A stretch of 64,000 bases of DNA from an uncultured Nitrospinota bacterium (lineage in GTDB: Bacteria; Tectomicrobia; Entotheonellia; J063; CAVPRW01), in NCBI GenBank assembly GCA_963707985.1, contig CAVPRW010000046.1, positions 109,579 through 173,578 of the forward strand. The letters run 5' to 3'. Positions 1 to 9,956 of this stretch are shown in pieces. A model generated the notes under the pieces. The model was not told the origin of the DNA and did no database searches. It was given only the letters and a program-made list of their open reading frames with translations. Made by a program: the position numbers and the translations under genes. Every line of letters starts with the position of its first letter. The first letter of the stretch is position 1.

Positions 1-647
1 CCGGCCCGGGGTTCGAGTGCAGCGCCACCAGATCGACCGAGGCAGGGAGCGCCGCAAGAGCCCTTGACGCCAGGTCCGCTGGCGAGACGCCGAGCGGCCA
101 GAGGTGTGGGGTGTCATCAATGACCTGCACCGCATGGGCCAGGTTCGCCCGCATACGCTCGACGAACGCACTCCCGTGTGTGATTTCCAGGGAAGAGCGC
201 GCTGTCAGAGAACGGCGCCTGGGGAATCGAGTGGAGGCGTCGCAAGGTCCTCCCGAGCTGATGCAACACGTCCGTTCGTTTCGCCCCGGTGAGCTCGACT
301 GTGAGCGCAGAGACTCCTGGCATCCGCGTCATCACCAGGTATTCGATGCTGTCATGCCTGCCGTATCCCAGCACGTGGGGGACCACGATGTCTGGGTAGG
401 CGGACAGCTGATGCAGGAAGAACGCTTCCTTTTCCAAGCTGGTCCGGGGGCGCAGGCGGTGGGGTCGTTGGACCTTCACCACAAGGGTGTCGTCAATGAC
501 ATACACACGGGCCTCCCCACCCGTCTCATCAATGCTGGTGACCGCCGAGCCGCGCACGCCATGGCGACGCACGAGGGCAAGCACCGTCCGCTCATCCAGC
601 ACAGGGTCAGCGGCGTGGGGCTGGCTGTAGATGTCATCAGGTGGCAT
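1..647 (-). pseudogene. Aminoglycoside phosphotransferase (APH)/kinase-like protein, frameshifted near 170, runs off window
   Basis: ATG at 647 with GGAGG RBS; APH-like N-lobe (GGEARVY..LVVKV, EYLVMTRMPG, LGRTLRRLH); shifted frame continues ...ALHSNPGP to the window edge. Confidence 0.65.
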
Positions 648-796
648 GATTCCCCCTCCGCACCCTCGGGAGTGCCCCCAATCGGCGCGCTGTGTGTCAT
701 GGGCTTTGGCCCTTGGTTCCCCAGGTTCAATGCTCATTGTCTATATACGGGTCGACGAAGGCGGCCTGAGACGGCGTGGCCATGCGATTGGGGCTG

Positions 797-1999
797 TCAC
801 GAGAATCGACCGCGCAGGACAAGCCCCACGGCAGCGCCTCCCAGCATGAGCGGTAAGGGGCCGAGGCGCCCACATCCCATCGCCACCACTGTGCCCACGG
901 CCAGCAACCCGGTAATCAGGTCGAGTATCGCGTGGGGCAACATCCGGATCACCGCCACGGCGGTCATGCCGATCACCACGGGGCTGATGCCCTGGAGGGC
1001 CGCTTTCATCCAGGCCAAACGTCTCATGCGCTCCATCACGGGCAGAACTGCGAGCATAAGGATGAACGAGGGCAGGTAGACTGCCACCGCCGCCGCCACG
1101 GCACCCCAGATGGCGCCGACAGCGTACCCCACGAACGCGGCCAGCATCACGATAGGCCCTGGGGTGAGTTGACCGAGCGCCAGACCGTCGAGGAATTGCT
1201 GCGGCGTCAGCCAGTGTAAGTGATTGACGACCTGATCTTGTATGAACGCCAGGATGGTCAATCCACCCCCAAAGGTAAAGGCTCCAACTTTGAGAAAGAA
1301 GCGCCCGATCTCCCAGAGACCGGGGTTGAGGGAGGTCATGGTGGGGTCGATAGCGGGGCCAGTGAAGGCAGGAATTGTGACCCGCGCGCTCCCCCAATGG
1401 TAAGCACCATACAGGATGATGATGACCAGCCCTACCGCGATACCGCAGGCGCGCGAGCCGTAGCGCACGACACCGACAGCACCGGCCAGGAGCATCGTGG
1501 GGACGATGCCAACGCCCGTGAGGCCCAGGGCCAGAGCGCTGCCGAGCGCCAGCAGGACTTGCGTCCGATCGCGAACCGCCGCCCGGCCCAGCCGGTACAC
1601 GGACGTCGCAAAGATCCCCACCACCACTGGGCTCAGTCCATAAAATAGATGACGCATGCTCGGCAGCGCACCATAACGGTGATAGATCAGGGTCAAGGCC
1701 AGCAGGATACAAAACGCGGGCAGGATGAAACAGAGCCCTGCCAGTACACCCCCCCACCATCCAGCGCGCGTGAAGCCTAAAAAGATCCCCAACTGGACCC
1801 CGCTGGGACCTGGCAAGGTATTCACCAGCGCCAGCCCCTCGATAAACTGTTCCCTTGGGATCCAGGCCCGCTTTTCCAGGACCTCCGTCTGCATGATGCC
1901 TACGGACGCAGCCCCGCCGTAATTCATGGCGCCAATCTTCAGGAATGTCCCCATGACCTCTCGCCAATGCTGTCGAAACCCCCCGGGCGTGCTCCTCAC
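797..1999 (-). CDS. chrA: Chromate efflux transporter ChrA (long-chain CHR)
   Basis: Two CHR repeats (FLKIGAMNYGG...LPGPSG; FLKVGAFTFGGG...TPGPI); GTG at 1999 after AGGAGG. Confidence 0.92.
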   Translation of the reverse strand: MRSTPGGFRQHWREVMGTFLKIGAMNYGGAASVGIMQTEVLEKRAWIPREQFIEGLALVNTLPGPSGVQLGIFLGFTRAGWWGGVLAGLCFILPAFCILLALTLIYHRYGALPSMRHLFYGLSPVVVGIFATSVYRLGRAAVRDRTQVLLALGSALALGLTGVGIVPTMLLAGAVGVVRYGSRACGIAVGLVIIILYGAYHWGSARVTIPAFTGPAIDPTMTSLNPGLWEIGRFFLKVGAFTFGGGLTILAFIQDQVVNHLHWLTPQQFLDGLALGQLTPGPIVMLAAFVGYAVGAIWGAVAAAVAVYLPSFILMLAVLPVMERMRRLAWMKAALQGISPVVIGMTAVAVIRMLPHAILDLITGLLAVGTVVAMGCGRLGPLPLMLGGAAVGLVLRGRFS

Positions 2000-2029
2000 G
2001 CGCGTCCCCCTCCTGATCGGCCGGATGGA

Positions 2030-2145
2030 ATCGGTCTCCTTGGTGTCGTCGTCGACGACTTTGACGACAAGGCTCGTGTTCGCCTCAAAGGCCTTCACAA
2101 TCGTGTCCGAGAACACTCGGTCTTCGAACGTCTACACGACGACCT
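2030..2145 (-). pseudogene. Remnant of extracellular solute-binding protein N-terminus (Fe(III) ABC-like)
   Basis: VVV*TFEDRVFSDTIVKAFEANTSLVVKVVDDDTKET resembles the SBP start motif VVVYTSxDxxFSEP; internal stop. Confidence 0.4.
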
Positions 2146-2220
2146 GCTAGGCACCTCGCCGGCGGCCGCTGAGAAGCTTTCTTTCGAGAACCATCAGGAG
2201 GCGCTCAATGATGAGGCGCC

Positions 2221-2919
2221 TTATGGCCCATCCGCCTTGATGCCGCGCACCACCAATTCATCAAACGCGGTGATCGAGTCGGCCTTGGTCCAGAGGCCTA
2301 CCTGGCCGGCGCGAAAGCGCGCGTCACGATGGTCCAGCAGGCGCGTGCCGTTGAGGTAGGCCTGGAAGTGATCGCCCACCGCGACCATCCGCATCGTGTG
2401 CCACTGGCCGAGCGCCGGCGGCTGCACCGTGGTCGTGGCCAGCTGATGTCGGCTCCGGTCATAGTAGTACAGCCGAACGTTGTCCTCCAGCGCATTGGCC
2501 CGCACGACGTAGTAGTGCCCCCCGGTGAAGCGAAACACCAGGCCAGCGGAGGCGTCTTCCCGGCCGGAGATCGGTTTGAAGCGGACAGAGATGTCTACGT
2601 CCGTATACGGCCCTCCAGGGGTGACAATCACGTTGAAGGCATTCTTGACGGCGCGCTGCACGAGCACGCGCTCGCCACTCAGAGCCCCCGGCATCTCTTC
2701 CACGGCCCACTCGCCGTCAATCGTCCTCCAGCCCTTGAGATCCTGAAGCTCGAAGTCAAAGCGCTCCGCCTGGGCGGTCTCGGGCACGCTGAGCTCGGCC
2801 GCTTGGGCCATGATGAAGCGTTGGGAGGAGTCTTCGGAGGGCTCGAATAACCACACGCCTCCGAACACGATCAGCGCCAGTCCACAGATCGACCGGTAGA
2901 GTGGTTTGATGCGCCGCAT
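2221..2919 (-). CDS. Exported DUF1080/concanavalin-A-like beta-sandwich protein
   Basis: N-terminal TM/signal; AGLVFR...YYVVRANALEDNVRLY, WHTMRMVAVG, GQVGLWTKADS..FDEL; GGAGGAG RBS. Confidence 0.75.
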   Translation of the reverse strand: MRRIKPLYRSICGLALIVFGGVWLFEPSEDSSQRFIMAQAAELSVPETAQAERFDFELQDLKGWRTIDGEWAVEEMPGALSGERVLVQRAVKNAFNVIVTPGGPYTDVDISVRFKPISGREDASAGLVFRFTGGHYYVVRANALEDNVRLYYYDRSRHQLATTTVQPPALGQWHTMRMVAVGDHFQAYLNGTRLLDHRDARFRAGQVGLWTKADSITAFDELVVRGIKADGP

Positions 2920-3109
2920 AGGCTCCTCCTTTGCCATCGTGCTTCCCGGTCGGCCCCAACGCCCCGTGCGATCCCGGCGTGCCGACGGTGCCATTACCCC
3001 ATTCGCACCAACGGCCAGAGCACTAAGCCCACGAGTCCAGAGAGCGCGACAAGCAGCGGTTCTGGGACTTTGAAGCGCCATAAGACCCCGAGGCTCGCAA
3101 GCCCGATGA

Positions 3110-3298
3110 GCTCGGCGCTCCACCAGATCCCGGTGCATGAAGCCGACCAACGCGACCGGCCCGCCAAACCCCCAGGTGCCGAGGGTGAGAAAATATCCGG
3201 TGAGGGGCCAGAGCCCTATGCCACTTCACGAGACGGGCTCGTCGTAGTGGCGTGGGCCAGCCGATTGAGACGGCGATCGTGACATCGTGTTCCTCCAT
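3110..3298 (-). pseudogene. chrA: Truncated second chrA (N-terminal fragment)
   Basis: LTGYFLTLGTWGFGGPVALVGFMHRDLVERR is the CHR N-terminal signature; frameshifted and truncated. Confidence 0.75.
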
Positions 3299-3399
3299 TT
3301 CGCACCTGGGTGTTTTCTCGTCACACCACTCACGATGGGAGTCATTGGCAGCCACCGCGCTGGCACTTCGCGAAACTCCTGAAGCTGGTGTGTGCCCGA

Positions 3400-4368
3400 T
3401 TACGGCCGTTGGCTCTCAAGCGCGGCTTTTAACCCCGTGGCGAGCGCACGGGTCGGGCCCACGCCCCAGTAGTGCAAAAAAACGGTGCGCGGGGACTCCT
3501 CAATCATGTGGTGATGAATGGCGACGATGTTGATGCCGGCCCCGCGCAAGGCCTTGAGCACCGGCTGCAGCTCGGGCTCGAACATGACGAAATCGCCATC
3601 GACGACCGCTTCGGTATCGCTTCCGGCAAAGGCCGCCCAGGTGTTGACGCCCATGGCATTTCCCACCTCATGGCCGTGCATCGTCGTGGCGCGCCCCATG
3701 GTGATCTTGTAGACACCACTGGCGAGTTGCCCCTTGACGCCGAGGAGGTCTTCAATGACGTTCGGGTTCAATGACGTCTGCGCGGGGCTGAGCACGACCT
3801 GCGGGAGCTCACTGGTGTGGGGATCGAGAAACGTTTCGGCCGGGCTGCGTTCGACCCGTGGGACCTCACTCGTGTGGCGACTCGTGTTTTGGATGCTGGC
3901 AAAGACTTTACCAACAGCGCCGGCAAGTGTTTCCTCCTCGCCCATGCCGCCGATGTGCATGAACATCACCCGGGGCGAATCCCACAAGAAGTGGTTGTGG
4001 AGTGCCGTGACTTCGAGGCCGTGCTCCAGGGCGGCACTCATCACCGGGTTCACCTGATTCTCCAAGAGGACCATATCGCCCATGACCATGACTTGGTTTC
4101 CCGCTTGCTGAAATGCCGCCCACGAGGTGAGCCCCAACGGCGGCGTCATCTTCACGCCGGCTATAGTGATGGCCAGGTCGCTCCGGGGCATGCTCACCTT
4201 GAACACCCCGTCTTTCTCGCTGAGCTCGCCTTTCATCCCTGTCAAGCGCTCGATCATGGCCGTATCCAGGCGGGCTTCCCTCGAGGCGGATCCCACTTCG
4301 GAGCTCACGAGCATGAGCCATGTCAGGGCAACCATTGTTCCCACCGCGATGCTTCGTCGGCTACTCAT
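3400..4368 (-). CDS. DUF1259 (LppY/LpqO-like) exported protein with duplicated domain
   Basis: Signal peptide; two repeats with WAAF...GD.V...VTALHNH/IVAIHHH...FMH/FLH. Confidence 0.85.
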   Translation of the reverse strand: MSSRRSIAVGTMVALTWLMLVSSEVGSASREARLDTAMIERLTGMKGELSEKDGVFKVSMPRSDLAITIAGVKMTPPLGLTSWAAFQQAGNQVMVMGDMVLLENQVNPVMSAALEHGLEVTALHNHFLWDSPRVMFMHIGGMGEEETLAGAVGKVFASIQNTSRHTSEVPRVERSPAETFLDPHTSELPQVVLSPAQTSLNPNVIEDLLGVKGQLASGVYKITMGRATTMHGHEVGNAMGVNTWAAFAGSDTEAVVDGDFVMFEPELQPVLKALRGAGINIVAIHHHMIEESPRTVFLHYWGVGPTRALATGLKAALESQRP

Positions 4369-4448
4369 CGAACACCTCCGTCTCCATCAGCACGCCCGTA
4401 TGCGTGTCAGACGTGATCAGGTGCAGATCATGAACCTCGCTGATGCGA

Positions 4449-4904
4449 TCAGCCGTGCACCGTCGGCTGGAGGGTGGGCAGTGTGCCACCGCAGTATACA
4501 TACAGCGCGTCATAGATCGGAAACTCCCGTCCGAGCTTCTCAGGATCGCTTAACTCCATTTTCTGGAAGCCGCCGGCGATGGCATCGAGCCCACGAGACT
4601 CAGGCGTCAGGTCCTTATCGGCGGTATCTGCACCGCGGACAATGAGCGCCAGGCGATCCAGCGCAGGGTCTTTGCCGTCCAGGCGATACTTCTGCATCAG
4701 CGCATCAAAGCTACAGAAGGGACCGTGGTGGCCAAGCTCGACGTCGGGAACGTCGTACGGAGTGGCCCCATGTCGTTTCGATTCGGCCATCACCTGGTCT
4801 GCAGGCACGTAGAGAAACTCCGGGCTCGAATCGATGAAGCGACTGATGAGCCAGGGACAAGCAATGCGGTCGACTTTGGCCCGTTCACGCGTAATCCATT
4901 TCAT
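4449..4904 (-). CDS. Chromate resistance protein, ChrB C-terminal domain only (ChrF-like)
   Basis: MKWITRERAKVDRIACPWLISRFID, CSFDA, IVRGADT; GGAGAG RBS. Confidence 0.88.
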   Translation of the reverse strand: MKWITRERAKVDRIACPWLISRFIDSSPEFLYVPADQVMAESKRHGATPYDVPDVELGHHGPFCSFDALMQKYRLDGKDPALDRLALIVRGADTADKDLTPESRGLDAIAGGFQKMELSDPEKLGREFPIYDALYVYCGGTLPTLQPTVHG

Positions 4905-4966
4905 GAAGGCTCTCCTTTCCCTCTCCTGCGCCATACAGAAATGCTGGCGCTGGAGACACCGGTTGA

Positions 4967-5074
4967 TCATCGCTCCGATGTGCCACTGTCGCCCAGCCGC
5001 CTCATATGGGCAGCGATCACACGTATAGCGACGTTGTGTGGTCAGACAAAGAGGACGGTGCGATCGTCTCTCAT
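4967..5074 (-). pseudogene. Remnant of low-molecular-weight phosphatase/arsenate-reductase-like gene
   Basis: MRDDRTVLFV*PHNVAIRVIAAH resembles TVLFVCxHxxxKSVIAA; TGA at the Cys position; only about 35 codons. Confidence 0.45.
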
Positions 5075-5087
5075 GGCCTGTCCCCAT

Positions 5088-6068
5088 CTATTCGTGTTCA
5101 TCCGCCCCGGCTGAGCGCTTCTGGGGCAGTTGCCGGTGGCGTACAAGCGAGGCATAGAGCCCCTCAAAGAGGACCACGCCGTGGGCTTCGAGCTCTGCAT
5201 CGGAGAGCCTCGCCAGTAACCAACCCTTGAGGATGGCATCAACGCCTGCCGTTTCCGGGTGCACATAGCGCCCATCCCTGAGGTCAATGTCGTGGATGAT
5301 TTCGCCCATGGGTTGAAGGACTGGGTCCTCCAGCCCGAAGGCACGCACCATGGTTTCAAACGTGCAGAGATGACCCTGATGACCGAACTCCGCACCCCGC
5401 ATATCAAAGGCCACTTCCTCGGGTTCCGGCGCTAACGCATAGCGGATGACTGCCTCCGGGTCGAGAAACCGTCGGATGAGCCAAATACAGGCGAGCCGAT
5501 CTACATGCGGACGGGGACGCGTGACCCAGCGTCTATTCCGATAGGCCTCAAGAGGGGCCGGCGACATCGGTGCGGACGACGCCTCCCTTGGGAAGAGCGA
5601 CTGCGCGATTCTCGCCAGCCGTGAGGCGACAAGCCCCCCTTCCAGGGCGTCGAAGAAATCGACCCGGGCGATCTCGGCGTGCCGGCGGCGAAGTTTCTCA
5701 AGCGCATCCTGGGAGCGCGCCCGTTCTTCTGGGTTCATGTGCGCCCGAACTGTGGTCTCAAGGTTTGTCGCCTCCACGTCAAGCTCGCCATAATCCAGCG
5801 TCCGAGCTGCACGGAAGCGCTCGATGAGCGCTTCGTCTGTGAGTCCGTCAAACTGCTCGACATGCATGACTAGAGCTTCCCCCTTGGCATGTTCGACCTC
5901 CTCGGCCAGCCACTGGAACGCTTCCAAGCATTCATCACGGGCCGGAAGGATGTGGTTCCCCCCGGCTGGTGAGACGGCTCCTAAGCGCCGCAATCGGCGC
6001 CAGAGCGCCACGCGTGGACTGGACTGCGCTTTCGACGGTAGGGAGTAGGAAAACACCACCCAACGCAT
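5088..6068 (-). CDS. chrB: Chromate-responsive regulator ChrB (N + C domains)
   Basis: RVALWRRLRRLGA N-domain; WVTRPRPHVDRLACIWLIRRFLD, CTFET C-domain. Confidence 0.92.
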   Translation of the reverse strand: MRWVVFSYSLPSKAQSSPRVALWRRLRRLGAVSPAGGNHILPARDECLEAFQWLAEEVEHAKGEALVMHVEQFDGLTDEALIERFRAARTLDYGELDVEATNLETTVRAHMNPEERARSQDALEKLRRRHAEIARVDFFDALEGGLVASRLARIAQSLFPREASSAPMSPAPLEAYRNRRWVTRPRPHVDRLACIWLIRRFLDPEAVIRYALAPEPEEVAFDMRGAEFGHQGHLCTFETMVRAFGLEDPVLQPMGEIIHDIDLRDGRYVHPETAGVDAILKGWLLARLSDAELEAHGVVLFEGLYASLVRHRQLPQKRSAGADEHE

Positions 6069-6096
6069 AAAACCCTCCTCTTCTGATTCTGAAGCG

Positions 6097-6125
6097 AATG
6101 TAATACTTATTTCTTATCATTGCAA
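6097..6125 (-). promoter_or_regulatory. Sigma70 promoter of chrB operon overlapped by an imperfect inverted repeat
   Basis: TTGCAA-17 bp-TACATT on minus strand; TGTAAT-N14-ATTGCA at 6099-6124. Confidence 0.6.
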
Positions 6126-6295
6126 TAATTATTTACACCTGAGGTGAAGAGAAGATGTGCGTGCTCCAGACGAGTGCGCCGTGAGGCCTTTGTGAGGGCC
6201 GCCAACGAAGCCGTTTCGCAGGTCTTCAATCTGAGATCGTTCGGTTCCGAGTCGTTGCGCTCAAGAAGGCCCATAGCTTAAAGAATATTCTACAA

Positions 6296-6324
6296 TTGAC
6301 GTACGACAAAAATTTCGTTATAGT
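6296..6324 (+). promoter_or_regulatory. Sigma70 promoter of BlaI/CopY-family gene
   Basis: TTGACG-17 bp-TATAGT. Confidence 0.7.
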
Positions 6325-6371
6325 AAATAGGTAATAATGCTCTCGTCATTCCCTCTAAGAGGGTTCTGAGC

Positions 6372-6815
6372 ATGCCTCGACCCATAAGTCAATTACCTGC
6401 ACCGTCGAAGACCGACTTGGAGATCCTCACGGTGTTGTGGGACCAGCCGGTGGCCACGGGCCGGGCTATTTACGACGCCCTCCTGGATAGCGGTAGACTC
6501 CGGCGCCGGATTGCGTACACAACGATCAAAACCTACCTGGATCGCTTGGTCCAGAAGGGCTACATCGACGGTCAACCCATCGGGGATGGGCGAGGCACCT
6601 ACCGCTACACGGCCGTGGTTTCCCGGGCGGAGGTGTGCGACCATCCGGACCTCCTCGCGCGGTTCGTCCGCGTGTTCCGCCTGACACCAGCCGAGTTTAC
6701 CCGCTGGTGCTACGCGCATGGCCGACTCAGTCAACAGGATAAGGCTGCCCTGCACACGCTGTTAGACCATCTTCCCGATCATACCTTACCGCCGACCGCA
6801 CTGGTAGAGCCGTAA
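6372..6815 (+). CDS. BlaI/MecI/CopY family transcriptional regulator
   Basis: LEILTVLW...AYTTIKTYLDRLVQKGY...YRYTAVVSR wHTH signature. Confidence 0.85.
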   Translation: MPRPISQLPAPSKTDLEILTVLWDQPVATGRAIYDALLDSGRLRRRIAYTTIKTYLDRLVQKGYIDGQPIGDGRGTYRYTAVVSRAEVCDHPDLLARFVRVFRLTPAEFTRWCYAHGRLSQQDKAALHTLLDHLPDHTLPPTALVEP

Positions 6816-7104
6816 GGAAGAGGGCTCGCTGCCCCCGTGGGCGTCATATGACGTACTCGAAGGCACTGGCCTAGCACACGGCTGAGACCCGGAAAAACCC
6901 ACATGGTCATGCTCGACTTTTCAGGGCGGACCATGAGCGTATCTTGAACTTCCAAGGGGCCCCGTGCCACCAGGGTCAGTCGCATTTCCAAGCACTGTTG
7001 AGCATGCAGGACCCGCGTGGACATCGACCCGGCATCTGCGGCGGACGGACCGGCCGCGCGGACATCACCTTCGTAAGATCGAGGTATTACACACAGGAGG
7101 CCGT

Positions 7105-7308
7105 ATGAACCCGATTATGCAGCACTATTGGACACCAGAGGAACGTGCTCGCTATGGCATTCGTGGCATCGAGGACTTTTCGCCCGAAGAACTGGCGGCG
7201 CTGCAGGCCAAAGTCACGGGCTGGATTGGTCAGCGTGACCCACACCCCGTGAACACGCGCCACCGGTCACCATTTGTGATGAAACGGCGGACTGTGGCGC
7301 CGGCCTAG
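7105..7308 (+). CDS. Small hypothetical protein
   Basis: ATG with strong AGGAGG RBS; 67 aa. Confidence 0.55.
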   Translation: MNPIMQHYWTPEERARYGIRGIEDFSPEELAALQAKVTGWIGQRDPHPVNTRHRSPFVMKRRTVAPA

Positions 7309-7355
7309 GGCGCCATGTTGCAAGGGAACGAACAGTGATCACGGAGGGGAACCAC

Positions 7356-7667
7356 ATGGTGAGCGTCATCGTTATAGTTGCCATCGTAGGGGGCGTCGGG
7401 TGGATGGTCTGGAAGCGTCGAGCCCGCTGGCACCCGGCCACGGCGTCAGGTACATCAGAGGGAGTGGCCCCCGAGCGCCTGGCGTTCGAGGCCTTCACGC
7501 ATGGCAATTCGTGTCTGGCCGAGGGGAAGTTTGCCGAGGCGACCGCCGCTTTTCAGCGATCGCGCGAGCTCGATCCCAAGCGGCCCCATGTTGCCGAGCG
7601 ACTCGCCGAAGTGGCCCGGCGACAGCTCGCCGCAAGCCAGGCGCAGCCCGCCAGCACAACATCCTGA
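7356..7667 (+). CDS. Small membrane-anchored TPR protein
   Basis: N-terminal TM helix then GNSCLAEGKFAEATAAFQRSRELDP; GGAGG RBS. Confidence 0.7.
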   Translation: MVSVIVIVAIVGGVGWMVWKRRARWHPATASGTSEGVAPERLAFEAFTHGNSCLAEGKFAEATAAFQRSRELDPKRPHVAERLAEVARRQLAASQAQPASTTS

Positions 7668-7864
7668 GCCGGGTCTTGGAGCCTCACGGGTCCCACGAGC
7701 TGACGGTTTTCGGCAGGGCCTAAAGGATCGTGGAGGTGCTAGCGATCCCTCGGGCGCAGAGACGTCCGCATGAGCTCGCGGGTGCGCGCTTCCAAAGAGG
7801 GGACCTGAGAGGGGACGCGCGATGGGCTACTTGGCGGGTGGAAAACCATACTGGGAGGGCAATA

Positions 7865-8080
7865 ATGGCCAAGCGATCCAGACAGACCTTTCAGAAGCAT
7901 CAGAAGGAACAAGCACGGCAGCAGAAGCAAAGAACTAAGGCCGCTCGACGGCTCCAAGCTAAACAGCGCCGGGCCGATGGAGTGTCGGAGATGAGCTCAC
8001 CTCCCGGGGAGTTAGTCGACACACAAGACGGTCCGCAGCCTGCTCCAGCGCTGGGAGATCTCGTCAGGGAGCCAACATAG
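7865..8080 (+). CDS. Small basic hypothetical protein (MAKRSRQTFQKxQKExAR type)
   Basis: GGAGG RBS; Lys/Arg/Gln-rich helix followed by acidic/Pro tail. Confidence 0.65.
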   Translation: MAKRSRQTFQKHQKEQARQQKQRTKAARRLQAKQRRADGVSEMSSPPGELVDTQDGPQPAPALGDLVREPT

Positions 8081-8251
8081 CCGCTGCCCATGCAAGGTGT
8101 CATGGCGCCGGCAACGATCCATGCCGAGGTTCTCCAGGGAGCGATCGGCACCTAATCGTGAAGGCACACGAGCAAGGTATTGAGGTGGCTCGATGGCAAC
8201 GGACGCCGCAGTCCGGGTCTTAACGCCTGGTCAGCTGGACTCTTGCAGATA

Positions 8252-9169
8252 TCATTCGTGGAGAATTTCGACGCGCGAGGCGATCAGGAGGAAAGTACAC
8301 CCACCTTCAGTGTAGCTGACTTCATGAACGGAACCAGCAGGCATTTGGTAGTAATCCCCAGGTCCAAGCACATGGCCGCCGACATGACCGTCACCCTCGA
8401 TCATGTACACCCGCTCGGTGATCGGATGGCGATGTCGTGGCAGTCTCGCGCCCGGGCGCATGCGCACCAGAGATGTATACGCTCGGCGCGCCGGATCGGA
8501 GAAGATGGGTTTCATAGCGACCCCCTCGGTCGGGCCATCTCTCCAAGCGCCCTCTGACCCCCGAATCGCCACCAAACCCTCCTGCGTTCCGGCCGCGTCT
8601 GAGTTCTCGGGGAGTTGTTCAGGCTCGGAGGCGCTGAGAATAAACGTGCAACCGTCCTGGCTATACGTGCTGCCATGGATGGTTCCAGAAATGGCAGCGC
8701 AATAATCGCCCGCACGCAGCACTTGCCCTTCGACTGCAAGATCCCCCTCCAGTAAGTACAGCTCTTCGGTGTCTGTATGCCGGTGTGGAGGATAACGAAT
8801 TCCGCGCTCCATCCGGACCAGGGCCGTGAAACGCCCCGTCGCCTGCTCACGGGAAAGGAATTTTAAGAGGATACCCTGCACATCGGCGCTCTCCCAGGCC
8901 CTTTCCGTGGAGCGGATAATCATCGCACCAGTTTCGGCTTGCACACGGGACAACAATTGTGCGCGCACCTCTGGCCGCGGAAGTCCTGGTGGGGCAGCAT
9001 AACCCAATGGCCCAACGAGCGCGGCAAAGCCATCGAGCTCTCTCTGGCAAGCGGGGCATCCTTCGCCAAGATGTGCTTCGAAGACGGCAGCCTCTTGCGG
9101 CGCCAGCACCCCAAGCGCATACAAGCTGGCCAGCTCCAGCATGTCGTCGTGGTGCAGGTGAGGCCTCAT
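8252..9169 (-). CDS. Anti-sigma factor: zinc-binding anti-sigma N-domain + two ChrR-like cupin domains
   Basis: YALG..FEAHLGEGCPAC; two cupin motifs (HRHTDTEELYLLEG, HRHPITERVYMIEG); ATGA overlap with sigma gene. Confidence 0.85.
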   Translation of the reverse strand: MRPHLHHDDMLELASLYALGVLAPQEAAVFEAHLGEGCPACQRELDGFAALVGPLGYAAPPGLPRPEVRAQLLSRVQAETGAMIIRSTERAWESADVQGILLKFLSREQATGRFTALVRMERGIRYPPHRHTDTEELYLLEGDLAVEGQVLRAGDYCAAISGTIHGSTYSQDGCTFILSASEPEQLPENSDAAGTQEGLVAIRGSEGAWRDGPTEGVAMKPIFSDPARRAYTSLVRMRPGARLPRHRHPITERVYMIEGDGHVGGHVLGPGDYYQMPAGSVHEVSYTEGGCTFLLIASRVEILHE

Positions 9170-9771
9170 GGCTGTGCCTCCGCCAGCAAGGGAGCCAAAT
9201 GTTCACGCAACAACAGCATCCCGGTCCGTATGCGCGTCTTGACAGTGCCCAGGGGTTGCCCCAACTTCGCAGCGATCTCGCTGTGGCTTAACCCTGAAAA
9301 ATAGGCGATTTCAATGACCTCCCGCTGCTCCGGCGTAAGCCGCAACAGAGCCTGCTGGACAATGCGCCGCAGCTCGCTGCTGGCACTGCATGCTTCGGGA
9401 TCGCCGATCAGTGAGACCACGGTCGTCGTTTCATCCAGCGACTCCTCACGTTCTCGCCGCAGGGTCTCAATGCGTAGACGATCGATGGCACGGCTGCGGG
9501 TGAGTGTCAACAGCCAGGCTGAGGCCGTGCCACGTTGTGCATCGAAGTGAGAAGCCTGGCGATGCACTTGCGTATAGACCTCAATGGTAACATCCTCTGC
9601 TGCATGTTGGTCACGCAGGATGCGCAGGGCCAGACCATACACCAGGGGATTGGTTTCGTCATAAAGCTCTGCCAGCGCCGACTGATCCCCCTGAGCCATG
9701 CGCGCAACAAGGGCCCCCAGTCGCTGCTCGCGGATGCGGTGCATGGCCAATTGATCGATGGGTTGGTCCAT
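9166..9771 (-). CDS. ECF RNA polymerase sigma factor (SigK-like); start uncertain (ORF extends to 9897)
   Basis: AEDVTIEVY..AWLLTLTRSRAIDRLR; AYFSGLSHSEIA..PLGTVKTRIR. Confidence 0.9.
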   Translation of the reverse strand: MDQPIDQLAMHRIREQRLGALVARMAQGDQSALAELYDETNPLVYGLALRILRDQHAAEDVTIEVYTQVHRQASHFDAQRGTASAWLLTLTRSRAIDRLRIETLRREREESLDETTTVVSLIGDPEACSASSELRRIVQQALLRLTPEQREVIEIAYFSGLSHSEIAAKLGQPLGTVKTRIRTGMLLLREHLAPLLAEAQP

Positions 9772-9956
9772 GCGCTCCATCCTGTGCAAATGCCCCACGT
9801 TGCCGGGCTTCCAACCCGCATTCGCTAAGGCTCCATGGTCGGAATCGAAAATGTCCACCGCATCCATGGCGTCTGTACACATCATCCACATTCCCATAGC
9901 ACGATCCAGCGCCTATCGTCAAGCAGGAGTTGAAAGGCCATGTGTTGTGAGATCCT

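Noticed and set aside
111..1967. ORFs 111-1079 (+) and 741-1967 (-)
   Set aside because: They are shadow frames over APH and chrA.
5042..5044. TGA at the catalytic Cys position as selenocysteine
   Set aside because: Readthrough ends about 25 codons later, the motif is degenerate and no convincing SECIS is seen; it is a remnant.
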